From Cyanobacteria bacterium auto_48_18 (GTDB taxonomy: Bacteria; Cyanobacteriota; Vampirovibrionia; Obscuribacterales; Obscuribacteraceae): a stretch of 64,000 bases of DNA. Below the pieces are notes generated by a model that made no database searches, had not been told where the DNA came from, and saw only the letters and a program-made list of their open reading frames with translations. Shown here in pieces: positions 9,801 through 19,840 of the stretch (positions are counted from its first letter, which is position 1; each line of letters opens with the position of its first letter). The stretch spans positions 79,404 through 143,403 of the forward strand of contig JAVHQC010000026.1 of NCBI GenBank assembly GCA_036170915.1. The letters are read 5' to 3'. A program made the translations under genes and the position numbers.

Positions 9801-10838
9801 ATGAAGCTTTGTTTGCGGTGCAATAACTATTATGGCGACGAAGTTTCTACTTGTCCGCGAGATAAACTCGCCCTCGAACCTGTGGGAAAAGACCCATTAA
9901 TTGGCGCTCTCATTAACAATAAGTATGCCGTTGAGACAGTTGTGGGCAAAGGGTCTAGCGGTATTGTTTACCGGGCGACCAGGCTGCTCATGGGTGGTGC
10001 GGTGGCGGTAAAAGTTGTGCACAGCTATCTTGGCGCCGATCCCAAGAGCATGGAAAAATTCTCCCGTGAAGTGCGAGCTCTAGAGCAGCTCCGTCATCCC
10101 AATATTGTTAATCTGTGGGAATCTGGTGTCACCGATGACGGCCAACCCTACCTGGTGATGGACTATTTGCAAGGTACACCGCTTTCGTCATTAATTGCGG
10201 CGGAAGGTATTTTATCGGGCTCGCGAGTGTTGGAAATCACTCGGCAAGTATGCGCTGGCTTGCAAGAAGCGCACAGTCAGGGCTTTGTTCATCGTGATAT
10301 TAAGCCTGAGAATATAGTTCTTGATTCCACCAGTGAGCAAGATTTTGTCAAGGTATGCGACTTTGGTATTGCCTATACTGTCTTTGAAAACGGCCTGAAT
10401 ACCATCAGCAGACCTACTACTGTGGCGGGTTCGCCAGCCTACATGAGCCCCGAGCAATGTCGTGGCCTTCCCCTCGACCACAGAACCGATATCTATTCGC
10501 TGGCTCTGGTAGTCTTTGAGATGCTTACAGGCAAGAGACCTTTTGAAGCCAAGACCTCAAAGGAGTTTATGGTTAAGACTGTAAACGACAAAATGCCTCT
10601 AATGTCTACTTTGCGTCCAGATTTAGGCATTCCTGAACCAGTAGACTTGGTGGTGGCGAAGGCATTGCAGAAGAATCCAAAAGACAGACACGCTTCAGCT
10701 GTGGATTTCGCTAAAGAATTGGCCCTGGCTTGCCAGGCTGCCGACTTCTCTTCCGTTAAGGGAAGTAATCAAAAAGATGACGGCAGGTTGCAAAACCCAA
10801 GCCAGCGGGTAAATGAGCGTACGAGGGGTCCCCAGTAG
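9801..10838 (+). CDS. Ser/Thr protein kinase (soluble) with N-terminal Cys-rich ribbon
   Basis: GKGSSGIVY, VAVK, HRDIKPEN, DFG, GSPAYMSPEQ; N-terminal CLRC..CPRD. Confidence 0.92.
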   Translation: MKLCLRCNNYYGDEVSTCPRDKLALEPVGKDPLIGALINNKYAVETVVGKGSSGIVYRATRLLMGGAVAVKVVHSYLGADPKSMEKFSREVRALEQLRHPNIVNLWESGVTDDGQPYLVMDYLQGTPLSSLIAAEGILSGSRVLEITRQVCAGLQEAHSQGFVHRDIKPENIVLDSTSEQDFVKVCDFGIAYTVFENGLNTISRPTTVAGSPAYMSPEQCRGLPLDHRTDIYSLALVVFEMLTGKRPFEAKTSKEFMVKTVNDKMPLMSTLRPDLGIPEPVDLVVAKALQKNPKDRHASAVDFAKELALACQAADFSSVKGSNQKDDGRLQNPSQRVNERTRGPQ

Positions 10839-10919
10839 TCAAAGGTCTTACATTTGAGCTTTGATTTAGTAACCTATCTGTGAGCACTGGAAGACCAGGG
10901 TCGTGAGAGGAAGAAGAGT

Positions 10920-13900
10920 TTGAAGGACGAGCTGCCAGATTTAACACCTTACTTGAGTAAGAAAGGTGGCAATAGCCAGAGCAAAGGGTCTGATAATCCT
11001 CCTGGTAAGGCTGATATTTCCTCAAAACTTTCTGCTCTTGTGAAGAAAACGGGGTCGTTTAATGCCGTCAGTGACGAGGCTAATGCCGATGCTGAAGCAA
11101 ATCTTGTTGCCAGCGACGATAGTTTAGAAGCGCCCATCAGTCACGAACAAAGTTACCAGTCGGGAGCCGCTACCGGCACTGCGCCAGGGTCTTCGCCTGC
11201 GGCTGCTTCATCTGCCTGGGCCAATATCGGTGCTGAAGCTCAAGCCGCGTCCGCACCTGCAGCTGCTGATAATAAAAAAGAAGCCTGGATGGTGCAGAAT
11301 CCAGAAACTATAGACAATAGACAAGACACATCTCCGGAGCCGTCAGCGCCATATGAACAAGCTGCGCAGCCTGCAAGTGGCAGCAGCTCGTCAAGTTGGG
11401 AGCAGATTGATTCGTTTTCTGCTTCAGCACGCACCGATATAGACAAGGAAGACGAATTTAACTCGCCACCACAGGCGGTGAATGAGTCGGCCGGAACTTC
11501 TTCTTCCGGCGCATCAGGCTTTGGTGCCTCCGGCACATTTTCTACTCGTCCAGGGGCTCGACCTGGTGCTGGTCTAGATAAATTCAAGGCTCCGCAAGCG
11601 CGGCCAATGAATACACTTTCATCAGGTGCCAGCCCAGTGCTCAAGACACCACCGAAAGAACCAGGGCGTGCGCCAGCACCATATGGCTTTGCTGCCAATG
11701 AAGCGCCGAAATCAGCACCGGCAAAACCAACTACTGCTGGTCAACCTGCTTCAGTCAATGCCAGTTCTTCAGGCAGCAATATCATTGCCCAGCCAGCAAA
11801 GGCTCGCACTGGCGAACAGACGAAAGATGTTCGCAAGGAAGATGTTCGCAAGGAAGAAGCTCGTCGAGCTGATCCGCCACCGTCGTGGCCTGCCCAACCC
11901 ACCTCACCTCCACGCGTGACAGAAAAAGTCGAACCTCAACCTGCTCCAGTTAAGGCCGGACCTCCCACAACTACACCTTTTTCACAGCCCTCTCAAACTC
12001 CACCACCGTCGGCACCTCCTGCTGCACCGGTAGAAAGTGAAGCGCAAATTCTTGCCCGAGCCTTTATGGAAGAAGCCAAAGCACTTGAAGCTGAGCGGCC
12101 TGAGACGAGGTTTGAAGACCACCAGTCGGCTCCTGCCGAAGCAGTTTCGAGCACCAATCTTGGTGCACTGTTTGCCGCTGAAAAATTGTCAGAGTCTGAG
12201 GCGGCTGGCGAAAGTAGTTCTGCCCCAGAGATATCTCCTTCTCCATCTCCATATATGATGGATGATGAGGCGCCGAAACGGTCGCTTGGATTTGGTAATC
12301 TGCTGGCAACTGCTGCCGCTGATCCATCTCAATCGTCTAAGCACAGCACGCTGGCAGATTTGATGGTGCCCACTGGTGAGCACCAAACATTGTTTGCCCC
12401 TGATCGCCGAACTGAGCAAGGTGAAGATCAGCTCTCACCATTCGACGAAGTTCCAGCTCAACCAAGCGATGAACCGATAAGACTTGATAATTCAGTGGCG
12501 GCAAGTGCTCCAGCGTTTTCTGCGCTTTTCAGCACCGAAATTGTCACCTCTGGGGACGACTTTAGTAAAGGATTTCCGCCGCAAGACAATGATGATTTTA
12601 ATAGCGGTGGCGATTTAGGCACCGATCAGTTCTCCTTTGGTGCTGAGCCGGTATCTGCAGAAACCCCTATGGCGTCAAGATCAGATGTAATCAGCAAGTT
12701 GATGGAAGCCGTCAACCAACCGGCACCAGCGGCTCAGTCGGTAGATAATGCGCACGGTGACAGCGATATGCCTGATGATTTTTCGGGTAATTTTGCTAAC
12801 AATTTCACCGGAACCGGAAATGATGCACCAAATAATGATTTTACTACTGATAATTTCCCTGAAAGTAATTTAGACGACATGCGCACGGCCGACACCATGT
12901 TTGGCAGCGGCGGGTCAAACAAAGGTAGTCACGAAGAACTTGCTGCCGCTGACGCCGTATTTGGTGCCGTGGCCGACCTCGGAGCCCCTGCTGAATCTGA
13001 ATTTAGCGCTGCGTCGACTGATTTCAACTCAGAGCCTAAATTTGAAACTAGCTCTCAAGCCAAACCTGAGGCACCAGTACCGGTGCTCGACATTGACGCC
13101 TTGCCAATGGCGTTTGGTGATTCCACCAATTTTGAACAAATTCGTTTGGAAGACATCAAAGCTTACAAGAAGGCGGCAAAACTCAAAGCAGCTGAAGAAG
13201 CTAGAGCCGCCGAAGCGGCGAAGAATGCCAGTGCGGGCCAGGCCGCCCAAACAGATAATGCTGCAGAGGCTGCGCCTAAACTATCTTTGACCGAGATGAT
13301 TGATCAGGCCAACGCCGCCAAGCTTGAGCAAGTTAACGATAAAGCACCCGAAGGTAGAAAACCAGCTGGTGCCCAATCGTCGCTATCTTCATTGCTTGCG
13401 GGTGGTGATGATTTAGACGAAGTTGCTGCACCTGCTGCAAACACTGCACCTGATGAAGACGAAGAAGATAGTCTCGGTGGGGCGATTTCTGACGCGCTAG
13501 ATAAACTCTTGAACGACGCACAACCAGAGGGCGATACTAAATCTAGTGTGGTCTCAGGCGGCCTTTCAAAACTTCTCTCCAACAGCTCCGACCAATCACA
13601 GAGAGACTTGGTAGCACCAGCAGCTGCGTCCGCGGCTACGTCGATGGACAGAGTGCCTGCTGCGGCCGATGAACCGATGACTAATACACAAGCAAATAAA
13701 GTTGACGCTCTTTCGCGTCTATTGGAAGTAGCAAGTAAAGCACCACACAAATCTGCTGAAGATAAACGTCGCCCCAGCGATTCTGCTTCTAAGCTTGCCG
13801 CTGAAATCAACAAACCACCAGGCAAAATCAGCAGGCAAGTAGATGTTCTCAGTGCGCCTGATTATCTTAATCAAGGTAAGAACGCAGAGCCTGTGCCACC

Positions 13901-14846
13901 ATCATTCGGTGGTGGTCCATCGCCTTTTACATCACCATTTACCTCGCCTTCGGCCACACACAACAGACAAGCAAGCCAGGGGGCTGACCCGTTGCCTACT
14001 AATCCTTATGCGTCACCTTCCGAAATGCCGCAAGCGACTATTTCAAATGATGCGGTCAGTGCAAGAATTGCTGCTCTCAATCGCAAACTGGAAGAAGGCA
14101 GTCGCTCACCCACAGCTTCGGCCATGAATATTGAAGCCATGAATCAAGCGCAATCTCAATCTCAAATGGGTACGGCCACAGGAACAGGTAGCTCACCTTC
14201 TGTGAATAGTTTGAGTCAACTGCCATCACAAGTTGATGACTCACCTTCTACTCGAGCTGAGCTTGTTAATCGCATTTTGGGCTCGGCAAAAATATCACAA
14301 CATGGTACCAAGATACCTGATACTGCCAGTAGAACCGTGGCAGATGCAGTGGTTAGTGCTGATCAAGTCAATGCTATTCGTTCTGCCAAAGGTGCCAAGC
14401 CTGGTCGTGAAAATGCTCCTAATCGGCCAAGGGCGCGAGTCTCACGCATGCCCGGTTTTGATCCTAGACCACTAATTGCCATCGCTATTGTCCTCTGTGT
14501 GCTAGGTGGTGGTGGCTATTACGCTATTCAAAATAACATCATCAAACTGAACTTCCCTGCGATAAAACCCAGTGTTGAAGCCAAACTCACGGTTGATCAA
14601 ATGATCAAGTCTGGTGATCTGGATCGAGCGCGCGAAGTTTTAGAAGCTAAAGTCAAAAGCGGAAAAATCACCAACTCGGAAGCTGAAAAGCTCTACAACG
14701 TCTACTATCAGCAGGCCGACAAAATTGGCGGTGATGATGCCAGTGAAGCACTTAAGTTATTAGACAAAATCCCCAGCCGATCTAAGAAGTACAAAGATGC
14801 TCAAAAGCTTGTGCGTAAGCTTAAGAAGAAGGTGAAGAAGAACTGA
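10920..14846 (+). CDS. 1308-aa low-complexity (A/S/P/D/E-rich) protein with a C-terminal TM helix and short helical domain
   Basis: Long open frame; TTG start after a purine-rich SD (gagagg); TM LIAIAIVLCVLGGGGYYAI near the C-terminus. Confidence 0.8.
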   Translation: MKDELPDLTPYLSKKGGNSQSKGSDNPPGKADISSKLSALVKKTGSFNAVSDEANADAEANLVASDDSLEAPISHEQSYQSGAATGTAPGSSPAAASSAWANIGAEAQAASAPAAADNKKEAWMVQNPETIDNRQDTSPEPSAPYEQAAQPASGSSSSSWEQIDSFSASARTDIDKEDEFNSPPQAVNESAGTSSSGASGFGASGTFSTRPGARPGAGLDKFKAPQARPMNTLSSGASPVLKTPPKEPGRAPAPYGFAANEAPKSAPAKPTTAGQPASVNASSSGSNIIAQPAKARTGEQTKDVRKEDVRKEEARRADPPPSWPAQPTSPPRVTEKVEPQPAPVKAGPPTTTPFSQPSQTPPPSAPPAAPVESEAQILARAFMEEAKALEAERPETRFEDHQSAPAEAVSSTNLGALFAAEKLSESEAAGESSSAPEISPSPSPYMMDDEAPKRSLGFGNLLATAAADPSQSSKHSTLADLMVPTGEHQTLFAPDRRTEQGEDQLSPFDEVPAQPSDEPIRLDNSVAASAPAFSALFSTEIVTSGDDFSKGFPPQDNDDFNSGGDLGTDQFSFGAEPVSAETPMASRSDVISKLMEAVNQPAPAAQSVDNAHGDSDMPDDFSGNFANNFTGTGNDAPNNDFTTDNFPESNLDDMRTADTMFGSGGSNKGSHEELAAADAVFGAVADLGAPAESEFSAASTDFNSEPKFETSSQAKPEAPVPVLDIDALPMAFGDSTNFEQIRLEDIKAYKKAAKLKAAEEARAAEAAKNASAGQAAQTDNAAEAAPKLSLTEMIDQANAAKLEQVNDKAPEGRKPAGAQSSLSSLLAGGDDLDEVAAPAANTAPDEDEEDSLGGAISDALDKLLNDAQPEGDTKSSVVSGGLSKLLSNSSDQSQRDLVAPAAASAATSMDRVPAAADEPMTNTQANKVDALSRLLEVASKAPHKSAEDKRRPSDSASKLAAEINKPPGKISRQVDVLSAPDYLNQGKNAEPVPPSFGGGPSPFTSPFTSPSATHNRQASQGADPLPTNPYASPSEMPQATISNDAVSARIAALNRKLEEGSRSPTASAMNIEAMNQAQSQSQMGTATGTGSSPSVNSLSQLPSQVDDSPSTRAELVNRILGSAKISQHGTKIPDTASRTVADAVVSADQVNAIRSAKGAKPGRENAPNRPRARVSRMPGFDPRPLIAIAIVLCVLGGGGYYAIQNNIIKLNFPAIKPSVEAKLTVDQMIKSGDLDRAREVLEAKVKSGKITNSEAEKLYNVYYQQADKIGGDDASEALKLLDKIPSRSKKYKDAQKLVRKLKKKVKKN

Positions 14847-14847
14847 G

Positions 14848-16389
14848 ATGAAGCTCTGTCTTCAGTGTAACACTCACTTCCAAGGTGACTTTGAGCAATG
14901 TCCTGACGACGGTGCCAAACTCATTGCAGTGCCTGATGATCCGGTCATCGGTAAGGTTTTGGGAGAGAAATATCGCATTCTTTGCCCTGTGGGCAAAGGC
15001 TCAATGGGTGTTGTTTACAAGGCCATACAAGAGTCTACAGGCCGTGAAATGGCAGTCAAGTTGCTGCACCATTTTCTTGGCACAAATTCTGATTCGGTGA
15101 AGAGATTCCACCGCGAAGCCAAGGCAGTCAGTCGGCTCAGTCATCCTAATATCATTCGGCTTTATGATTTCGGTGTCATGGATGAAGGGCAACCTTATAT
15201 CGTCACTGAGCTACTTAATGGTGTCACCCTGTCTGACATTTTACGTAAACGAGGTTTTGTCAATCTCAATCAGGCCCTGCCTTTATTTGAACAAGTTTGT
15301 GCTGCCATCGGTGAAGCGCATCGCAGCCGAGTAATTCACCGAGATCTCAAACCTGAAAACATCGTCATGGAAGAAGTTGATATCAACGGCAATTTAGATG
15401 CTCCTGATCTAATCAAGAAAAATGCCATCCGCGTGCTCGACTTTGGTGTGGCGAAAATGTGGACCGAATCTGGTGCCACTTCTGCTTCACTGACAATCGA
15501 AGGCAAAGTCTGTGGTTCTCCAGCTTATATGAGCCCTGAGCAATGTCGTGGCGTAGACGTCGACTATCGTACCGATATCTATTCTATGGGCGTTGTCTTT
15601 TTTGAGACGCTTACGGGTAAAAGACCATTTGCAGCGGATGATTTAATGGCTTTGATGTTGATGCACGTCAATAATCAAGCACCATCTATGGGGTCAGTCA
15701 ACGAGAAAGTGACTTTTCCTAAAGAGATCAATGACGTAATTATGAAGGCCATGGCCAAGAACCCTAACGAGCGGCAGCAAAGCGCCGAAGAACTTTGGGA
15801 AGACATTCAAGCGGCGTGCAATGGTCGGCAGAAAACAGTCACTGTGGCTCCACCAGAGAACTGGATTCCGTTTCAAGGTAAAGGTGGCCTGGTATTTCGC
15901 ACCACTGAAGACGGCACAGCTTCACTGGAGACATCGGACAGCTATTCAACCTTGAGCAATCCGAATGCCATTCTTGATTGGATTCCACCGGTACCTTCTA
16001 CCGACAACACTAAAAACCGTAAGGGCAGCAATAAGACCATGATGGTGGTACGCGCCCTCTTTCTTGGTGTGCTGGTAGTAGCTGGTTTCTATCAATTTAG
16101 TGTTTACCTCAAGGCCAATGACGAAGCTAAGAATGCTTCGATCTTGATCAGTCGTGGCAAGTGCGAAGAAGGCGTAATTGTGCTTGAGCGCTTGCAAAGA
16201 GAGAATAAACTACAACCTGAATATAACGAAACTCTGGCTGACGCTTATGTTCAGATGGCGATGCAATATGCAAAAATTGGCAACTACAACCGTTCAGTAG
16301 ACTTGCTTAAGAAAGTACCAGCAAAGGCCAAGGCTGCCACGCAGGCCCAGCAATTACTGAGGCGCTATTCGCCCCGCATACGCAGTTAA
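14848..16389 (+). CDS. Membrane-anchored Ser/Thr protein kinase with N-terminal Cys-rich ribbon and C-terminal TPR-like domain
   Basis: GKGSMGVVY, MAVK, HRDLKPEN, DFG, GSPAYMSPEQ; TM VVRALFLGVLVVAGFY. Confidence 0.92.
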   Translation: MKLCLQCNTHFQGDFEQCPDDGAKLIAVPDDPVIGKVLGEKYRILCPVGKGSMGVVYKAIQESTGREMAVKLLHHFLGTNSDSVKRFHREAKAVSRLSHPNIIRLYDFGVMDEGQPYIVTELLNGVTLSDILRKRGFVNLNQALPLFEQVCAAIGEAHRSRVIHRDLKPENIVMEEVDINGNLDAPDLIKKNAIRVLDFGVAKMWTESGATSASLTIEGKVCGSPAYMSPEQCRGVDVDYRTDIYSMGVVFFETLTGKRPFAADDLMALMLMHVNNQAPSMGSVNEKVTFPKEINDVIMKAMAKNPNERQQSAEELWEDIQAACNGRQKTVTVAPPENWIPFQGKGGLVFRTTEDGTASLETSDSYSTLSNPNAILDWIPPVPSTDNTKNRKGSNKTMMVVRALFLGVLVVAGFYQFSVYLKANDEAKNASILISRGKCEEGVIVLERLQRENKLQPEYNETLADAYVQMAMQYAKIGNYNRSVDLLKKVPAKAKAATQAQQLLRRYSPRIRS

Positions 16390-17825
16390 TCTAATTGATT
16401 TTGCAGCGCTAATATTGTTTCTTTGACCGCTGCCGCCGACACTGGTCGCTCTTCTTCGTTTTGTGCCGTCAGCTTTTGCACCAGTTGGTCAAGACCGGTT
16501 GACAGTGATGCCGTCATCTGTTTTGGTGATGACTGCGAAAGTGGTTCAGGATCACGACCAGTGAGCAGATAAAATATGGTAGCGCCAAAACCATAGAGGT
16601 CACTGGCCGTGGTGGCATGGCCACGAAACTGCTCAGGTGAAATGTAACTTTGCTTGCCTACCAAAGTACCTGTGGCGGTGCCAATTAGTTCGTTGGCCGC
16701 GCCAAAATCGATTAGCTTGATTTTGCCCGCTGCAGTTATAACAATATTATCTGGGGTTACGTCGCGGTGCACCACGGGCGGTTCTTGGCTGTGCAAATAG
16801 TGAAAAATCGTAGCCAGTTGAAGGCAATATTCCAGTACGTCAAGTTCGTGACTGGGCCCTTCCAGTTTAACTTTCTGCCGCAAATTCTGGCCACTGATGT
16901 AGTCGAGCAAAAGATAATGGCGGCCGTCTTCAATAAAATGATCGTGCACTTTGACTATGCCCTGATGGTCTAATTTAAGCAGCAGTGCCGCTTCTCTGCT
17001 AAACATTTCCTGGGCCTTCATTTTTAGAGCCTGATTAGCTCCTGGTGGAATCACTGATTCTTTTAAGACGCGCAAACTGGTGTTCGATTCTTGCACAAGA
17101 TAAATGGCAGACCAGCCACCAAATGCCAATTGACGGATTACTTTGAGCTTGTTGTCTTGTAGCCTTTGACCCGGGCTGAGGGGCATGTAAGCGGTGGCAC
17201 TGTAGCGATTAGATAATTCGTCTTCCCACATTTGTGTATAACTAAGTAGATTGCTGCCTGGCTCAGAGGCGCTATTCCACAATACTTCTTTTAATTGCTC
17301 GATGCGAGTGTCGATGGAGCCAGCCGGAAGCCAATTAGAGGCGCTTACAAGCAAATATTCAATATCGCTCGCCACCAGACTTTTTAAACTTAGAGTAACG
17401 GTGCCTTTATCTGTGGCCAGGTGCAAATTTAGTGAAGCGGGATTACTGAGATCTTCTCCCTCGATGGTGACCCTGCTTATCTGTCGCCAGGGTACAAATC
17501 GTTCAAAGCGATTGGAAAGACTGTTTAAGGCCGGCACCATTAGCCCTTCTTCGCTAATGACAAGATTGCTGTCTTCAAATAGACCAGTTAGCGTTGCGCC
17601 GATCATAAAGATCATGGCCAGATAAAATGATAGAGCCGCTGCACCGGTCAATGATTCTCTTCCACCGCTGAAAGCTGTGGTCAGAACCATAACTATTACT
17701 AAGAGAGCTAAGATGATAGGGGCGAGAAAACCCCACAGCGGCATGCTCATGTTGCAGAGCCACAAGCATATTTTTGCTACGACTGAGTCATAAATGATAA
17801 CTTTTTCTTGCCCCTGGCCAGCCAT
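16386..17825 (-). CDS. Membrane kinase type A (2 TM + PH-like + C-terminal Hanks kinase), copy A1
   Basis: AFGGWSAIY, VLKE, HRDVTPDN, DFG, GKQSYISPEQ. Confidence 0.88.
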   Translation of the reverse strand: MAGQGQEKVIIYDSVVAKICLWLCNMSMPLWGFLAPIILALLVIVMVLTTAFSGGRESLTGAAALSFYLAMIFMIGATLTGLFEDSNLVISEEGLMVPALNSLSNRFERFVPWRQISRVTIEGEDLSNPASLNLHLATDKGTVTLSLKSLVASDIEYLLVSASNWLPAGSIDTRIEQLKEVLWNSASEPGSNLLSYTQMWEDELSNRYSATAYMPLSPGQRLQDNKLKVIRQLAFGGWSAIYLVQESNTSLRVLKESVIPPGANQALKMKAQEMFSREAALLLKLDHQGIVKVHDHFIEDGRHYLLLDYISGQNLRQKVKLEGPSHELDVLEYCLQLATIFHYLHSQEPPVVHRDVTPDNIVITAAGKIKLIDFGAANELIGTATGTLVGKQSYISPEQFRGHATTASDLYGFGATIFYLLTGRDPEPLSQSSPKQMTASLSTGLDQLVQKLTAQNEEERPVSAAAVKETILALQNQLD

Positions 17826-19840
17826 CAGTTGGCTCCCTCCGTGCGGCTCAAATAATTTCGCATTTCGCTAATGGTGGCAAAACGTTGATTGAGTTCCGGC
17901 TCTGTGGTCGTGGCAATAAATTGATCAAAAGCTGAGCTTACAGAGGGAATAACTTTTTGCGGATGTGAGCATCTCAGCGCCTCTGGTTCAGTGGCTGTGA
18001 GCATAAAATGCAGAGTCGCTCCCATGGCATAAAAGTCGCTCTGGGGGCAGGGATGACCGCGAAACTGTTCTGGTGGCAAGTAGTTCTGTTTACCGACTAT
18101 GGTGGCCTGAGCTTTGGTATTCTCGGCAGATTCTAGAGCTACATCGAAGTCTAGAAGTTTTATCTGGCCGTGTTCGTTTAGTAAAAGATTGTCTGGGGTG
18201 AAATCTCTATGCACCACAGCTGGTGTGCGCTCATGCAAATAGCTCAAAATGTCGAGCATTTGACCGGCGTGGGCCTTGACCTCTTGCTCGCTAATCGCGC
18301 CCTGGGCCAACACCTTTTCTCTCAATGTTTGACCTTCTATATATTCGAGCATGAGAAATGCTCGGTGGCCTTCGATAAAGTAATCGTGTAGTTTGACAAT
18401 CTGCGGATGATCTAGACTTTTGAGCAGTCTGGCATCGCGCTCAAAACGTTCTGTAATGCGCTTTCTAGCGCTATCAATAAAGATGGGCAGAATGATTTCC
18501 TTTAAAACGACTGTGCTTAACTGCAAGCTTCCGTCGCTGGCTGTTAGTTGTCCTTGAGCTAGATAAGTTACTCCCTGACCGCCGCTGCCTAACTGCTTGT
18601 CTATCACCAGCTGATGATGCGCAAGTTTGTCACCAGCTTGAAGAGGCGTGAGCTGATTTAATTGTGGCGCTGCCTCCAGAGAGGATAACCAGAGTTCTGT
18701 ATAAGTGATTTCACTTGCCGGAGTAAATAGTTCAAGCACTGCAGGATCAATCACAGCTCCACTACCCCACGCTTTTAAGGCTTCGAGAAATTGTGCTCTT
18801 TTGCCTTCGTTAAAGGCTTGCAATGGAATGATAATTGGCAACCTGTCGGATTTGGAATTGACTTCAATAAAGCCTCCCTTTGAGGCTTCCTTTCCGTGAG
18901 CAAAGAGATTGATAGAGCTAATATCACTCCAGCTGATGCTGTCTTGCGCTACCGGGCCGGTAGGCACGTGCAATTGGGGAGTGATACCAGCTTTGCTAAT
19001 TACCACACTATCTGGCTGCATCCATTTTTTGATCAAATAAAACAAACTTAGAATTACTGTCAGCACGAAACCAAAAAAGCCAATGGCTGGATCTAATTTG
19101 CTGAAAAATTCGCCAAGCAACCAGAATGTGCCCGTATATATAGCTCCCAGACCGTGCAGTGCAAGTGACAATGTGGGAATTTTTTCCCCGATCATAAAAC
19201 CGAGGGCGATCAGGCCAAAACCTGTCCAAAAGATAGTCCAGGCCCTGAAAAAGCCCACATCAAAAATGACATCATACTTTGACATGTACGATAAAACTTT
19301 GGTCAACCGATAGTCGTTAACCATTACTAGTGTCAGTTGCCTTTCGTCCACGGGCACAATTTGAGCAGCACCAATTGCTTCCATCTCAGCTTTAGTCAAC
19401 AGCGCCGTTCTTACAGCCTGGCTAATTTTTGCGTTTTTCAATTTCTGGGCAAAAAGAGACCAGAGCATTTCGGCACTTTCTGACGAAAGGCCGAGCAGTG
19501 AAAGTTTATAGATCTGATCGCTACCAACTGTTTTGAGACACAGTTTTTGCTTATTCAGTGTCAGTGACTCGATATCGCTATATTTGCAAATGGGCCGGAA
19601 GATACCAGGCAATTTGAGTTTTTCTTTCTCAAAAATTATTTGATTACATCGCAATTGCAGCAAACCATAGAGGCATGAGGCGGCAATTGAGAGAGCCAAA
19701 AGCGTAAATTCAGGCGAGGTGGTAAAGCACAAACCAGGCAACATGATTAACCAGATAGGCATAGACAAGAGCAGCAGTCGCTGCTGAAACTGCTCCATGC
19801 TGCCGTTTAATTCAATTTTAGTTGCCCTGTATTTATTCAT
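17825..19840 (-). CDS. Membrane kinase type B (two TM/PH-like modules + atypical kinase), copy B1
   Basis: GSGGQGVTY, VLKE, HRDFTPDN, DFD, GKQNYLPPEQ. ATG 19840 overlaps the upstream stop (ATGA); track start is 19858. Confidence 0.85.
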   Translation of the reverse strand: MNKYRATKIELNGSMEQFQQRLLLLSMPIWLIMLPGLCFTTSPEFTLLALSIAASCLYGLLQLRCNQIIFEKEKLKLPGIFRPICKYSDIESLTLNKQKLCLKTVGSDQIYKLSLLGLSSESAEMLWSLFAQKLKNAKISQAVRTALLTKAEMEAIGAAQIVPVDERQLTLVMVNDYRLTKVLSYMSKYDVIFDVGFFRAWTIFWTGFGLIALGFMIGEKIPTLSLALHGLGAIYTGTFWLLGEFFSKLDPAIGFFGFVLTVILSLFYLIKKWMQPDSVVISKAGITPQLHVPTGPVAQDSISWSDISSINLFAHGKEASKGGFIEVNSKSDRLPIIIPLQAFNEGKRAQFLEALKAWGSGAVIDPAVLELFTPASEITYTELWLSSLEAAPQLNQLTPLQAGDKLAHHQLVIDKQLGSGGQGVTYLAQGQLTASDGSLQLSTVVLKEIILPIFIDSARKRITERFERDARLLKSLDHPQIVKLHDYFIEGHRAFLMLEYIEGQTLREKVLAQGAISEQEVKAHAGQMLDILSYLHERTPAVVHRDFTPDNLLLNEHGQIKLLDFDVALESAENTKAQATIVGKQNYLPPEQFRGHPCPQSDFYAMGATLHFMLTATEPEALRCSHPQKVIPSVSSAFDQFIATTTEPELNQRFATISEMRNYLSRTEGAN

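Noticed and set aside
10836..10920. Single nonsense error or frameshift joining the kinase and the 1308-aa ORF
   Set aside because: Two separate in-frame stops and an SD before the downstream start favour two genes.
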